A stretch of 64,000 nt of DNA, taken from NCBI GenBank assembly GCA_963675785.1, contig OY776562.1, forward strand, positions 2,240,001 to 2,304,000, in the 5' to 3' direction. Numbering within the stretch: position 1 is the stretch's first letter; each line of letters starts with the position of its first letter. Position numbers and translations under genes: made by a program. This DNA is from Anaerolineae bacterium. GTDB taxonomy: Bacteria; Chloroflexota; Anaerolineae; UBA1429. The notes beneath the pieces were generated by a model. The model made no database searches and was not told the DNA's origin. It saw only the letters and a list, made by a program, of their open reading frames with translations. Positions 48,395-57,951 of the stretch are shown here, piece by piece.

Positions 48395-49513
48395 ATGTTT
48401 CTCGATACCCGAAGGTCCGATACGAAAAAGCCGCGATGGCCCTGGTTCATTTCCATAGCCATCGCCATGTTTCTTGCCTGGTCACTCTATGACCAACAGG
48501 TCGAGATTCTTGAGCTTGTGAGCGGGCCACTGCCAACAGCTACTCCCACAGAAATCAGCCCCCTCGAACATGTGGCCTATGGTGATCAACTGCTGCTCAA
48601 CGGCCAGATGGCCCTGGCGCTAGAACATTATGAACGGGCCATCGCCATGGATCCCTCCTATGCAGAAGCCTATGCTAAACGAGCTCGGGCATTGCTCCTT
48701 GATGGGCAGACTGATACCGCTGTCGAGGTTGCTCAGCAAGGCGCGGAGATCGATCCTGAATCCGCGCGCTGCCAGACAGCCCTATCCATGGCCTTGGACT
48801 GGGATGGCCGCGTGGAAGAGGCCGTGGCCGCTGGCATGAAAGCCACCAGCCTGGATAAGGACTATGCCCCGGGGCATGCTGCACTTGCTGAGGCATTGGC
48901 AGACCAAGGGCTTATTGAAGATGCGCTCGGCCATGCCACTACGAGCCTTGAACTCGCACCAGAGAACCCCTTTGCCCTGCGTGCCATGGGCTATGTATAC
49001 GAGGTTCAGGGTGAATATGAAACCGCTATCAGCTATTATGAACAGGCAAAAGCTATTACGCCCAATCTCGCCTATATTTTACTAGATCTTGGCCGTAATT
49101 ATCGCGCTCTGGGTTTGTGGGAAGAGGCCGTTCTAGTCTTTGAGCAAGCCATCAGCCTGGCCCCGGATGATGTCCGTGGATACGATCAATTGGGCTGGAC
49201 CTATTATGTACAAAGCCTTTACAGTGCAGCGGTTCAATCCCTCGAAGAAGCTATAGAGGTCAATCCTGATTATGCTACAGCTTATGGACACCTAGGCGTC
49301 GTGCTATATGTGTCTCGTGATTATGAGACCGCCATTCCCAATTTTCAGCAGGCCATATCGCTGGGCGCGCAAAACGAAGAGTACTATTACGAATTGGGAT
49401 TCTGTTACGTCTATATCGACGAATGCGAAGAAGCAATTCCTTACTTTGAGCAAGCCCTGATTATCAATCCCTCTAGCGAGGTGGCGGCGCAGGGTCTGGA
49501 AATGTGTCAGTAG
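48395..49513 (+). CDS. Membrane-anchored tetratricopeptide repeat protein
   Basis: N-terminal TM, PTATP linker, about 9 TPRs. Upstream TTGTCG-16-TATAAT promoter and GGGAG SD. Confidence 0.88.
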   Translation: MFLDTRRSDTKKPRWPWFISIAIAMFLAWSLYDQQVEILELVSGPLPTATPTEISPLEHVAYGDQLLLNGQMALALEHYERAIAMDPSYAEAYAKRARALLLDGQTDTAVEVAQQGAEIDPESARCQTALSMALDWDGRVEEAVAAGMKATSLDKDYAPGHAALAEALADQGLIEDALGHATTSLELAPENPFALRAMGYVYEVQGEYETAISYYEQAKAITPNLAYILLDLGRNYRALGLWEEAVLVFEQAISLAPDDVRGYDQLGWTYYVQSLYSAAVQSLEEAIEVNPDYATAYGHLGVVLYVSRDYETAIPNFQQAISLGAQNEEYYYELGFCYVYIDECEEAIPYFEQALIINPSSEVAAQGLEMCQ

Positions 49514-49525
49514 AATTCAGGAATT

Positions 49526-49681
49526 ATGAAAAAGAGAAACAACAAGATTATCTGGCTGCTATCCGTCATTGTCGTCATCAGTATGTTGTGCAGCCTGATC
49601 GCGACTATGAATTTTGGCTCCGAAACAGAACCCACCGCCACTCCAACGCTGGTGCTCCTCTATCCGACGAGCCGTCCATAG
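49526..49681 (+). CDS. Small single-TM protein (51 aa), not in the ORF track
   Basis: MKKRNNKIIWLLSVIVVISMLCSLIATMNFGSETEPTATPTLVLLYPTSRP*. Fills the gap between two + genes; AGGA SD-like sequence upstream. Confidence 0.65.
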   Translation: MKKRNNKIIWLLSVIVVISMLCSLIATMNFGSETEPTATPTLVLLYPTSRP

Positions 49682-49703
49682 TGCATCGCGAGGCACATGA
49701 CCC

Positions 49704-50408
49704 ATGCTAGTGAATCTTTGGCATAACGCAATCTGGAGAGCACTGCTCGGCGGATGCATCTTTGTTATTCTTTCTGCAATCGCTACCCTGATCTTGGGCC
49801 AGAAACAAAAGAAAAACGGCCGCCTGTATATGTTGATCTATACAGCAGCCGTTATCATATTCGCTTTTCTGGGCCTTGTCGCGGGCGCTTTTTCACCGAC
49901 GCGCCTGGGCATTCAAATCCCTAATTGGCCGGGCGATTTCATCATCGCTGGCATTGTCGCAATCGCAGCCATCATCTGGCTGTTTTTACTCCTATATCCC
50001 TTTCAGCCCACAGTGCGCGCCAGGCTCACCCTGGATCACACACCTTTGGCCAACCTGGCTCTCTGCTCTATCTGCGATGAGACTTCACTGGCCATTGCCA
50101 GAGCAGCTCTTGCGCCACTGGCCGGATTCTACACGGCGATCTGGTTAGCTCCACTAGTAAACATGCTACTCTCGCTAACAGACCCCAAAACGCACCAGCA
50201 GCTTGCCACACCAGGTGGACGAAGACTAGCGCTGCTTCGTTGGATTTTGGATTGGACTTCGTCCCTCACCCTATTCCTGATTGGGAATGTCTGGCTGGCT
50301 CTCGCAGTCAGGCTGATCATACGGGGCGCCTTTGAACTCGCTATTCGCATCCCCAGCCTCATCGCCTCGCAGCAATCCGTCCTAGAGGAAAAAGGAGAGA
50401 ATAATTAA
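49704..50408 (+). CDS. Hypothetical membrane protein
   Basis: 234 aa, multiple TM segments, GAGG upstream. Confidence 0.65.
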   Translation: MLVNLWHNAIWRALLGGCIFVILSAIATLILGQKQKKNGRLYMLIYTAAVIIFAFLGLVAGAFSPTRLGIQIPNWPGDFIIAGIVAIAAIIWLFLLLYPFQPTVRARLTLDHTPLANLALCSICDETSLAIARAALAPLAGFYTAIWLAPLVNMLLSLTDPKTHQQLATPGGRRLALLRWILDWTSSLTLFLIGNVWLALAVRLIIRGAFELAIRIPSLIASQQSVLEEKGENN

Positions 50409-50570
50409 CACACCAAAAAGACCGGCAGCAATCAAGCCAATCTTTTTTAGATCACCCAAGACGTATTTATACTCTTCAGCAAAGTCAACAACGGGAGCTT
50501 TTTTGTTTTGCTTCTGAGACTGAGCACTGCTCACTGCTACACGCTTTTTCTTGGCCACACTTTTCTCCAT
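50382..50570 (-). CDS. Small tail-anchored membrane protein
   Basis: Basic N-terminus, EYKYVLGDLKKIG, C-terminal TM. Own promoter TTGACG-16-TATACT at 50604-50631. Confidence 0.7.
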   Translation of the reverse strand: MEKSVAKKKRVAVSSAQSQKQNKKAPVVDFAEEYKYVLGDLKKIGLIAAGLFGVLIILSFFL

Positions 50571-50642
50571 ATTCTAGAGAATGTTCATCCTCATGCGAGG
50601 CATAGTATAACCCCGACAACGGCGCCGTCAAAGAAACCCTAA

Positions 50643-52091
50643 CTAGCCCTTGATCACACCCATCGGTAGAGTCCGCGCAACAAGGCGGGCCAAACCTGCC
50701 TGTTCGGCCACCCCCACCACACGATCGAGATCTTTGTAAGCCTGAGGTGCCTCCTCTGCCAGACCCTTGCTGCTTCCCGCCCTAAGACTGATGCCGCGCT
50801 CATCCAACTGCCGTCGCAACGCATCAGCATGCACCGTTTTACGAGCCGCAGTGCGGCTCATGACTCGGCCAGCACCGTGACAGCAACTGCCAAAAGTCTC
50901 TTCCATGGCCTGCTGTGTTCCCACCATCACAAACGATCCGCTGCTCATATTTCCCGGCACGAGCACAGGCTGTCCGATGTGTTGATAATCCGCCGGGACA
51001 TCCTCACATCCCGGGCCAAAAGCCCGCGTGGCTCCCTTGCGATGTACGCACAACGAACGGGGCAAATCATCGACGAGGTGAGTCTCCTTTTTGGCGATAT
51101 TGTGGCACACGTCGTAAACAAGGCCAACGTTCAAACTCAATTCAGCGGCAAACACGCGCTCAAGCACGCCGCGAATTGCATGTGTGATGATCTGGCGGTT
51201 GGCCCAGGCATAGTTAGCCGCACAGTTCATCGCCTGCCAATACTCTCGAGCCTCGGGGCTGTTGAAGGGGGCACAGGCCAACTCTCTATCAGGCAGGCGA
51301 ATGCCATAGCGCGATACGGCAACCTGCATAGTACGTACAGCATCGGTGCACACCTGGTGGCCTAACCCACGAGAGCCACAATGTACCCAAATACAGACCG
51401 TATCAGGCTCCAGACGCATAGCCCGGGCGGCTTCCTCATCATAGATATGGTCAACACGGTCAACCTCGATGAAATGATTGCCCGCTCCCAGGGTGCCAAG
51501 TTGATCCAAGCCTCGCTCCCGCGCCCGTGGGCTCACGGCATCTGGATCAGCATCCTGTAAATGCCCCTTATCCTCTGTATGGGCCTGCTCCTCTGGGGAG
51601 GAATAACCCTTTTTTACGCACCAGCTAATACCCGAGGCCAGAACTGCGTCCAACTCTTTGGAGTTAAGAGCGAGGCCGCCACCCGATCCCGCACCCACGG
51701 CAACTGCAGAGAACAAGCCGTCCATAAGTTGTTCCTGCTTTTTGCGAACGACTCTTGCAGGCAGTCCGGTAGAGATCACACGCACACCGCAATTGATATC
51801 ATAGCCCACGCCACCCGGCGATAGCACCCCGTCGGGCAAAGCCGTCGCCACAACACCACCGATAGGAAACCCATAACCCTGATGGATATCTGGCATTGCC
51901 AAAGCGTAACGGACGATGCCGGGGAGGCAGGCCGTATTGGCAAGCTGCTCCAAAGAACGATCCTGAGCAGCCTGCGCAAACAAGACGGAATCGGCATACA
52001 ACCGGGCCGGTACAAGCATATCCGGCGAATAGGTGCGAGGTAATTCATAAAGAAATGGCGATCTGGGCAAAAGTTGGTTTAGAACTGCCAT
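50643..52091 (-). CDS. rtcB: RNA 2',3'-cyclic phosphate/3'-phosphate--5'-OH ligase RtcB (archaeal/eukaryote-like clade)
   Basis: MPDIHQGYGFPIGGV, GYDINCGVR, GNHF, HCGSRGLG, HNIAK, HRKGAT, CHGAGR, EEAPQAYK. Confidence 0.96.
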   Translation of the reverse strand: MAVLNQLLPRSPFLYELPRTYSPDMLVPARLYADSVLFAQAAQDRSLEQLANTACLPGIVRYALAMPDIHQGYGFPIGGVVATALPDGVLSPGGVGYDINCGVRVISTGLPARVVRKKQEQLMDGLFSAVAVGAGSGGGLALNSKELDAVLASGISWCVKKGYSSPEEQAHTEDKGHLQDADPDAVSPRARERGLDQLGTLGAGNHFIEVDRVDHIYDEEAARAMRLEPDTVCIWVHCGSRGLGHQVCTDAVRTMQVAVSRYGIRLPDRELACAPFNSPEAREYWQAMNCAANYAWANRQIITHAIRGVLERVFAAELSLNVGLVYDVCHNIAKKETHLVDDLPRSLCVHRKGATRAFGPGCEDVPADYQHIGQPVLVPGNMSSGSFVMVGTQQAMEETFGSCCHGAGRVMSRTAARKTVHADALRRQLDERGISLRAGSSKGLAEEAPQAYKDLDRVVGVAEQAGLARLVARTLPMGVIKG

Positions 52092-52126
52092 TGGATTCCC
52101 TCCTTATGACTGTTCCAGACTCTTGC

Positions 52127-52531
52127 TTATACATCAAAGGTCAATACCACATGCAACCCCGAATCGGTGTGCAGAATGGTGAGGTCGGAATAGGTAACAG
52201 CTTTGATATCGCGGGCTGGTGGCTGCGAGGGACAGATGAGGATAGAACTCTTGAGCGCGTTCTCGGAAAGCTCATCAATGCGGGCATCGATAACGCGAAA
52301 CTGATCTCGCTCTCCAATGTAAAGTATCTCGTTGAGCCACTCTACCAGGAGCATTTCATAACTGCTACCTGCTATCTCGACACTGCGCCATTCACACTCG
52401 CTGAGATGACCCTCCTCGTCATATTGCAACCAGAGCATCCCCCGGCAGGCTTCACAAAAAAGTTCGGGCAGAGAATGTGCTTCTACCAGGAGGGCGAGAT
52501 CAGCAGTGTGCTCAACCTCGCGGTATGGCAT
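52127..52531 (-). CDS. Archease
   Basis: YREVEHTADL, LLVEWLNE, IKAVTY, C-terminal FDV; directly upstream of rtcB. Confidence 0.93.
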   Translation of the reverse strand: MPYREVEHTADLALLVEAHSLPELFCEACRGMLWLQYDEEGHLSECEWRSVEIAGSSYEMLLVEWLNEILYIGERDQFRVIDARIDELSENALKSSILICPSQPPARDIKAVTYSDLTILHTDSGLHVVLTFDV

Positions 52532-53474
52532 CTGCGACCTCTAAAAGTGCGTCGGGGCGCGCAAGAATGATGCGAGCGTGTTCAATATCTTGCTGTATCT
52601 GAACCTTGAGCGCTTCTAGCGAATCGAATTTGACTTCGCCGCGCAGCCGCTCGATAAACTGAACCGATAGGGTGCGCTCATAAAGATCGCCCTCGAAATC
52701 CAGTAAATGCACTTCTAGCAGGCGGTCTTCTTCGCCAAAGCTAGGATTATTGCCAATATTAGCGACGCCCTGATACCGGCGGCCGCGGTACAGCACCATC
52801 ACTGCATACACACCATCAGCAGGCGTTGCCCGAAGGGGGTCCAAGCGTAGATTGGCCGTGCGAAAACCGATTCGCCGACCACGCTGATGACCCGAAACCA
52901 CATTGAGCGTCAGTGTATAGCGACGTCCCAACAAGCGTGAAGCCTCAGCAACATTCCCTGACATGAGCACTCGCCGAATGCGGGTACTGCTGATCGGCTC
53001 GTCGTCATCCACAAGGGGTTCTACAACACGCAAATCAAAGCCCATAGGGGTTGCTGCTCGTTCGATAAAGGCGATATCACCACGCCGCTGGCTCCCCAGA
53101 GCGAAATCCGGCCCCACCCACAATTCGCGCATACGCAGCTCATCCACCAGCATCTTGAGAATGACGCCCGGCTCGATATGCGCAAATTCTATGGTAAAAG
53201 GTTGAACAACAAGAAGATCGAGCCCCAAAGAAGCTAGCAAATGCTCACGCTCTTGCGGAAGACACAAATAGTGTGGTGGTTGCGAATCGTTGAGAAGAAC
53301 ACGAGGGTGGGGCGTAAAAGTGAGTGCCGCCGCAATGCTGTCAGTAGCTCTTGCACGTGTAACAAGATCTCGCACGAGCTGCTGGTGGCCTCTATGTACG
53401 CCGTCAAAGGAGCCAATTGTCAGTACGACATCTCGTTCCGGAACACGAGCGCCAATATCGTCCAGTACTTTCAT
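52512..53474 (-). CDS. ribF: Riboflavin kinase / FAD synthetase
   Basis: IGSFDGVHRGHQ, TFTPHP, ISSTRIR, RGRRIGFRTAN, EVHLLDF, LRGEVKF. Confidence 0.96.
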   Translation of the reverse strand: MKVLDDIGARVPERDVVLTIGSFDGVHRGHQQLVRDLVTRARATDSIAAALTFTPHPRVLLNDSQPPHYLCLPQEREHLLASLGLDLLVVQPFTIEFAHIEPGVILKMLVDELRMRELWVGPDFALGSQRRGDIAFIERAATPMGFDLRVVEPLVDDDEPISSTRIRRVLMSGNVAEASRLLGRRYTLTLNVVSGHQRGRRIGFRTANLRLDPLRATPADGVYAVMVLYRGRRYQGVANIGNNPSFGEEDRLLEVHLLDFEGDLYERTLSVQFIERLRGEVKFDSLEALKVQIQQDIEHARIILARPDALLEVADAIPRG

Positions 53475-53486
53475 CGTCTCTTTTTA

Positions 53487-54398
53487 TCAGAGAGGCTGGA
53501 GCACCTTGACAGGGCGCCACCAGCCGTCTTCCAGTGCGGGTTCAAGAACAGCAACCAACGCACCGTCCTCATCTACAGCTTGCAGCATGGCCGATGTATG
53601 CTTCTCTAGTTCAATTGCCTGGCCGTGCTGTAACAGCAATTTTGCCTGGGGCGAGACTGGAATCGCCTCGAGGTGATCAAGGGCAACAACCATCGAATAG
53701 AGATGCTCGGTCCAGGCTTGGCTTGCCTGTTGCAATTGGTCAAGGGGAATCGCCTGTTCCAAAGTAAATGCCCCTACCCTGGTGCGAACAAGCTTGGCCA
53801 AATGACTGGCCGTGCCCAAAGCACGCCCCAAATCATGAGCCAAAGAACGAATATAGGTCCCCTTTGAGCATACCACATCAAGCACCAAAATGGGCGAATC
53901 CCAGGATACGATATCAAGCTCATGAATCTGCACCCGGCGCAACGTTCTCTCCACTTCTACACCCTGGCGAGCCAGTTTGTAAAGCGGCTGCCCGCCCAGC
54001 TTGATAGCAGAGAACATGGGTGGAACCTGGTCAATCTCACCCTCAAACGCCCGGCAAGCAGTCTCGATATCCGCCATGGTAAGCGCAGGTACGGGCAGGG
54101 TTTCCGTAACCTCACCATCAGCATCCCAGGTGTTGGTCTCTTGGCCAAATCGCACCCAGGCGCGATAAGCTTTGGTTCCCTCGACAAGGTACTCCGATAT
54201 ACGCGTCGCCCGACCCAGACAAACCAACAGAACACCCGTCGCCATGGGATCCAACGTACCAGCATGTCCCACACGCCGCTGATGGCTCAATTTGCGCACT
54301 GCACTCACCACATCGTGCGAGGTGATTCCAGAGGGCTTGTCGATACAGAGCACCCCCGTAGTCAGGGTGTTGGCTTGTTCGTTAAGAGACGGGGCCAT
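53487..54398 (-). CDS. truB: tRNA pseudouridine(55) synthase
   Basis: DKPSGITSHDVV, GHAGTLDPMATGVL, CSKGTYIRSLAHDLG. Start trimmed to MAPSLNEQ. Confidence 0.96.
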   Translation of the reverse strand: MAPSLNEQANTLTTGVLCIDKPSGITSHDVVSAVRKLSHQRRVGHAGTLDPMATGVLLVCLGRATRISEYLVEGTKAYRAWVRFGQETNTWDADGEVTETLPVPALTMADIETACRAFEGEIDQVPPMFSAIKLGGQPLYKLARQGVEVERTLRRVQIHELDIVSWDSPILVLDVVCSKGTYIRSLAHDLGRALGTASHLAKLVRTRVGAFTLEQAIPLDQLQQASQAWTEHLYSMVVALDHLEAIPVSPQAKLLLQHGQAIELEKHTSAMLQAVDEDGALVAVLEPALEDGWWRPVKVLQPL

Positions 54399-55359
54399 CC
54401 ACACTCTTTCGCACGACTTGCACCAGAGCGGCAACAACACGACTTCGCACATCCGCAAGCGTGCCAGGAACCATACAACCGGCGGCCTGAGGATGTCCCC
54501 CACCGCCAAAAGCCACAGCCACGCCCGAGACGTTCAGCCCCGGAGAGGCTCGCAAGCTCACATCCACCTGACCATCGGCCGTCTCTTCAAAAACTGCCGA
54601 AGCGCGAAGGCCTTCCATCGAGAGCATAAAGCTCACCAGGCCATCGACGGGGTCTGCCTGCTCGGTCTTTTGGCCCAGCCAGGCCAGGGGAATCTCGGTC
54701 CAGATCACCGAATCGGTGACCTGTGCTACCGAAAGCGCCTTACCCCACAGCCCTACTGTAGCAAGTGGCCGCTGGTTAAAAGCCTGCTCGCTTACCCAGG
54801 CCATATCAGCGCCTGCGTCTACCAGGCGCACGGCAGCAGAGAGCGTCTCTGCTGTAACATTTGAAGTGCGGAAACCCTGCGTATCTGTGACCACGCCTGT
54901 CAGCAGGCAATCGGCTATACGCTTATCCAGGCTGACACCGAGCTCGTCCAGAACAGGGATGATCATCTCGCATGTCGAGGCCGCATCGCTTAGCACATTC
55001 ACACTGCCGAAACCCTTGTTGGTAATGTGATGGTCAATCACGATCATGGGCGTAAAAGCAAAACGATGGGCATCATAAATGCTGCCCATCCTCCGCTCAT
55101 CACTGCAATCAATAGCCATGACCAGGTCTTCATCGGTCAGGGTGCGCGGCGCAAAGGCCGTCGAACCATCGAGAAAGCGCAGCTTGTCAGGCACTGCATC
55201 CTGACATGTAAGACGCACATCCTTGCCCAACTTCCGCAAACCCCAGGCCAATCCCAAACAAGCTCCCAGCGTATCGCCATCAGGCGATACGTGAGCGACT
55301 ACAAGGATGCGGCCAGCCTGAGAGACCAGCTCACGAACTTTATTCAGCGGGCTGGTCAT
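54382..55359 (-). CDS. nrnA: DHH/DHHA1 phosphoesterase (NrnA-like nanoRNase/pAp phosphatase)
   Basis: HVSPDGDTLG, IDHH, GVVTDT, GGGGHPQAAG. Start trimmed to MTSPLNK. Confidence 0.88.
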   Translation of the reverse strand: MTSPLNKVRELVSQAGRILVVAHVSPDGDTLGACLGLAWGLRKLGKDVRLTCQDAVPDKLRFLDGSTAFAPRTLTDEDLVMAIDCSDERRMGSIYDAHRFAFTPMIVIDHHITNKGFGSVNVLSDAASTCEMIIPVLDELGVSLDKRIADCLLTGVVTDTQGFRTSNVTAETLSAAVRLVDAGADMAWVSEQAFNQRPLATVGLWGKALSVAQVTDSVIWTEIPLAWLGQKTEQADPVDGLVSFMLSMEGLRASAVFEETADGQVDVSLRASPGLNVSGVAVAFGGGGHPQAAGCMVPGTLADVRSRVVAALVQVVRKSVDGPVS

Positions 55360-55732
55360 TCTCTTCTTCCGTCTTTTCACGGGCAGCATCTTGTTCATGC
55401 ACAGTTGCCAACAATGAATCAATCTTGGAGCCATACTCCCAAGATCGATCGGGGCGGAACTCGATATGGGGCGTAAACCGCCAGGAAAGTGTCTTGCTCA
55501 ATTCGCGGCGTAGAAACCCCTTGGCCCGTTCAAGTCCTTTGAGTCCGGCCTGCAGCTCATCTTCACCCTCATAAGAAGACACGTAAACACGCGCCACTCT
55601 TAGGTCAGGTGTCATATCCACAGTCGTAATGGTCAATGCTTTCACGTCAGGATCTTTGACAGATTGGCGCAAAAATAACGTCAGCTGTTCTTGTATGAAT
55701 GACGCTGAACGCTCTTTACGAAATCCAGCCAT
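55340..55732 (-). CDS. rbfA: Ribosome-binding factor A
   Basis: KDPDV...DLRVARVYVS...GFLRRELSKTLSWRFTPHIEF; follows infB. Confidence 0.95.
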   Translation of the reverse strand: MAGFRKERSASFIQEQLTLFLRQSVKDPDVKALTITTVDMTPDLRVARVYVSSYEGEDELQAGLKGLERAKGFLRRELSKTLSWRFTPHIEFRPDRSWEYGSKIDSLLATVHEQDAAREKTEEENDQPAE

Positions 55733-55749
55733 CTCTATGCCTCAGTATC

Positions 55750-57726
55750 TTATTTGGATTGCTCCATCGTATAGAACTGGAGCACATCGTCCATCTGCAA
55801 ATCTTGAAGGCCCTCGACGCCGACACCGCATTCTAGACCAGTCGTGACCTCACGAACGTCTTTGGTGAAACGTTTGAGCGACGAGCAATCGCCTTCGTGA
55901 ATCGGATCACCATCGCGCAAAACTCTGACCTTGGCGTTTCGTAGCGCCTTGCCCGAACGAATCTGCACACCAGCAATGATACCCACGCGGGGGATGGTAA
56001 AAACCTCACGTACAAGGGCTTCGCCCTGTATCACTTCTTCGTATTCAGGTGGCAGCATACCGGTCAAAGCGAGCTGCACATCCTCGATCAAACGATAGAT
56101 GATGTTATAGATCTTGATGCTCACCACTTCAGACTCGGCAAGGCGCTGAGCCGCAGGATCAACTGAGACATCAAAACCCACAATGATCGCACGAGAGGCA
56201 GCAGCAAGGTTCACATCAGATTCAGTCACATTGCCAACGCCAGTATGCACAAACTTGACCTTGAGATCACCCACATCAAGCTTTTCCAGCGAATCTCGAA
56301 TGGGCTCAATGCTGCCATCGACATCTGCTTTGAGAATAATGTTGAGTGATTGTACTTCACCAGCTTGAGCCTGGGCGAATACCTGGTCCAGCGTCAGTAC
56401 TGGGTGGAACTTGACCTGATCACGCACCACATTAGCGAGGCGTTCCTGAATCTCTTCTCGCGCTTTGCGTTCGCTTGCAACCCGGGTCACTAAATCACCG
56501 GCAGCAGGCACTTCCTTCAACCCGGTAACACGCACCGGCGTGGCAGGTCCTGCTTCCTGTATACGGTTCCCCAAATAGTCATACATGGCACGTACGCGGC
56601 CATAGGTATCGCCTACAATAAGGGCGTCGCCCATCTTGAGCGTACCATCTTGCACAAGCAATGTTGCCGTGGGCCCCAAGGAACGATCCAGGCGTCCATC
56701 GATTACCGAACCGCGCAGTTCGCCTACGGGGTTACCCACCAGTTTTTCGATATCTGCCACAAGAAGCGTCATACCGAGCAGCTCCGAGATACCCTGCTTG
56801 GTCTTGGCTGATACGGGCACGCAAATGACATCGCCGCCCCAATCCTCAACAACGAGACCCTCTTGGGCGAGCTGCTGCTTGGCAACTTCTGGATTGGCCG
56901 TAGCCAAATCCATCTTGTTCATAGCGACAATGATAGGCACACCAGCCGCGCGAGCATGAGAGATTGCCTCTCGAGTCTGCGGTTGTACACCGTCGTCCGC
57001 AGCCACCACCAGAATAGCAATATCCGTTACACTGGCGCCACGGGCACGCATAGCCGTAAAAGCCTCATGGCCTGGCGTATCCAAAAAGGTGACTAGCCTA
57101 TCGTTCACCTGCACCTGATAAGCGCCGATATGCTGGGTAATGCCGCCAACTTCGCCGCTTTGGACGCTGGTTTCACGAATTACGTCCAACAGTGAGGTCT
57201 TGCCGTGGTCCACATGGCCCAGAACCACAACCACAGGGGGGCGTTCCTCAAGAAATTCCTTTTCTTCCTCGGAATACTCGTGGCGTTTGCGCACTTGCTC
57301 TTGTGCGCTCTCTTCTTCCGAGATGACTTCGACCACCGGCTCTACAATAGTAAAGCCCATGTCTTCTGCGACAATTGCAGCCGTGTCATGGTCGAGAACC
57401 TGGTTTATGTTGGCCATAATCCCAGCCGTCATCAAAGCCTTGATGAGATCAATCGAAGTAACACCCATCAACTCGGCCAAATCACGGACGATAATCTGCG
57501 TGGGGAGTTCTATCTCACCAGGCTTGACGCGCTTGGTCTCTTGCGGCTCCGAACGCCACTGCGGGGTCGGATTACTATCGAAATTCCTGCTACTTGATTG
57601 CTGTCTATTCCCAGTTGGTTTCTTTGGGCGCCTGCCAGCGGCACTCATCGTCCCATATCGGGAAGGACCATCCAGCGACATCCCGCCACTGCTCGCACGA
57701 GTTTGGCGCCCTGTCTTATAGTCCAT
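55750..57726 (-). CDS. infB: Translation initiation factor IF-2
   Basis: [58 protein letters not shown]. Confidence 0.98.
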   Translation of the reverse strand: MDYKTGRQTRASSGGMSLDGPSRYGTMSAAGRRPKKPTGNRQQSSSRNFDSNPTPQWRSEPQETKRVKPGEIELPTQIIVRDLAELMGVTSIDLIKALMTAGIMANINQVLDHDTAAIVAEDMGFTIVEPVVEVISEEESAQEQVRKRHEYSEEEKEFLEERPPVVVVLGHVDHGKTSLLDVIRETSVQSGEVGGITQHIGAYQVQVNDRLVTFLDTPGHEAFTAMRARGASVTDIAILVVAADDGVQPQTREAISHARAAGVPIIVAMNKMDLATANPEVAKQQLAQEGLVVEDWGGDVICVPVSAKTKQGISELLGMTLLVADIEKLVGNPVGELRGSVIDGRLDRSLGPTATLLVQDGTLKMGDALIVGDTYGRVRAMYDYLGNRIQEAGPATPVRVTGLKEVPAAGDLVTRVASERKAREEIQERLANVVRDQVKFHPVLTLDQVFAQAQAGEVQSLNIILKADVDGSIEPIRDSLEKLDVGDLKVKFVHTGVGNVTESDVNLAAASRAIIVGFDVSVDPAAQRLAESEVVSIKIYNIIYRLIEDVQLALTGMLPPEYEEVIQGEALVREVFTIPRVGIIAGVQIRSGKALRNAKVRVLRDGDPIHEGDCSSLKRFTKDVREVTTGLECGVGVEGLQDLQMDDVLQFYTMEQSK

Positions 57727-57767
57727 CCTTGCCTCCCAATCTCAAATACCACACCGTTCGAGAGATA

Positions 57768-57946
57768 GCTCATATGATTGTACAGGTAAAAAGGGAATAC
57801 CAGGCAGGGGATAAAACCAGAGATGGGGAACAGGGAGAGATACTTTGAGAGGGTTGTTCTGACTGCACTTATGCAACCATCATCAGTCCCCTTATTCCAA
57901 TTTGGATGTTCCTGCTTGTTATCATCATTCCCATGGCTATATGAGC
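57768..57946 (-). other. Long imperfect hairpin in the ylxR-infB intergenic region (candidate cis-regulatory RNA)
   Basis: Nested inverted segments GCTCATAT/ATATGAGC, GGGAAT/ATTCCC, GCAGG/CCTGC, GGAATAAGGGGA/TCTCCCTGTTCC, CTGA/TCAG, TGCA/TGCA. Confidence 0.5.
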
Positions 57947-57951
57947 CGCTA

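Noticed and set aside
50643-52091. Intein in RtcB
   Set aside because: Normal length (482 aa) with contiguous motifs and no splice-junction signature.
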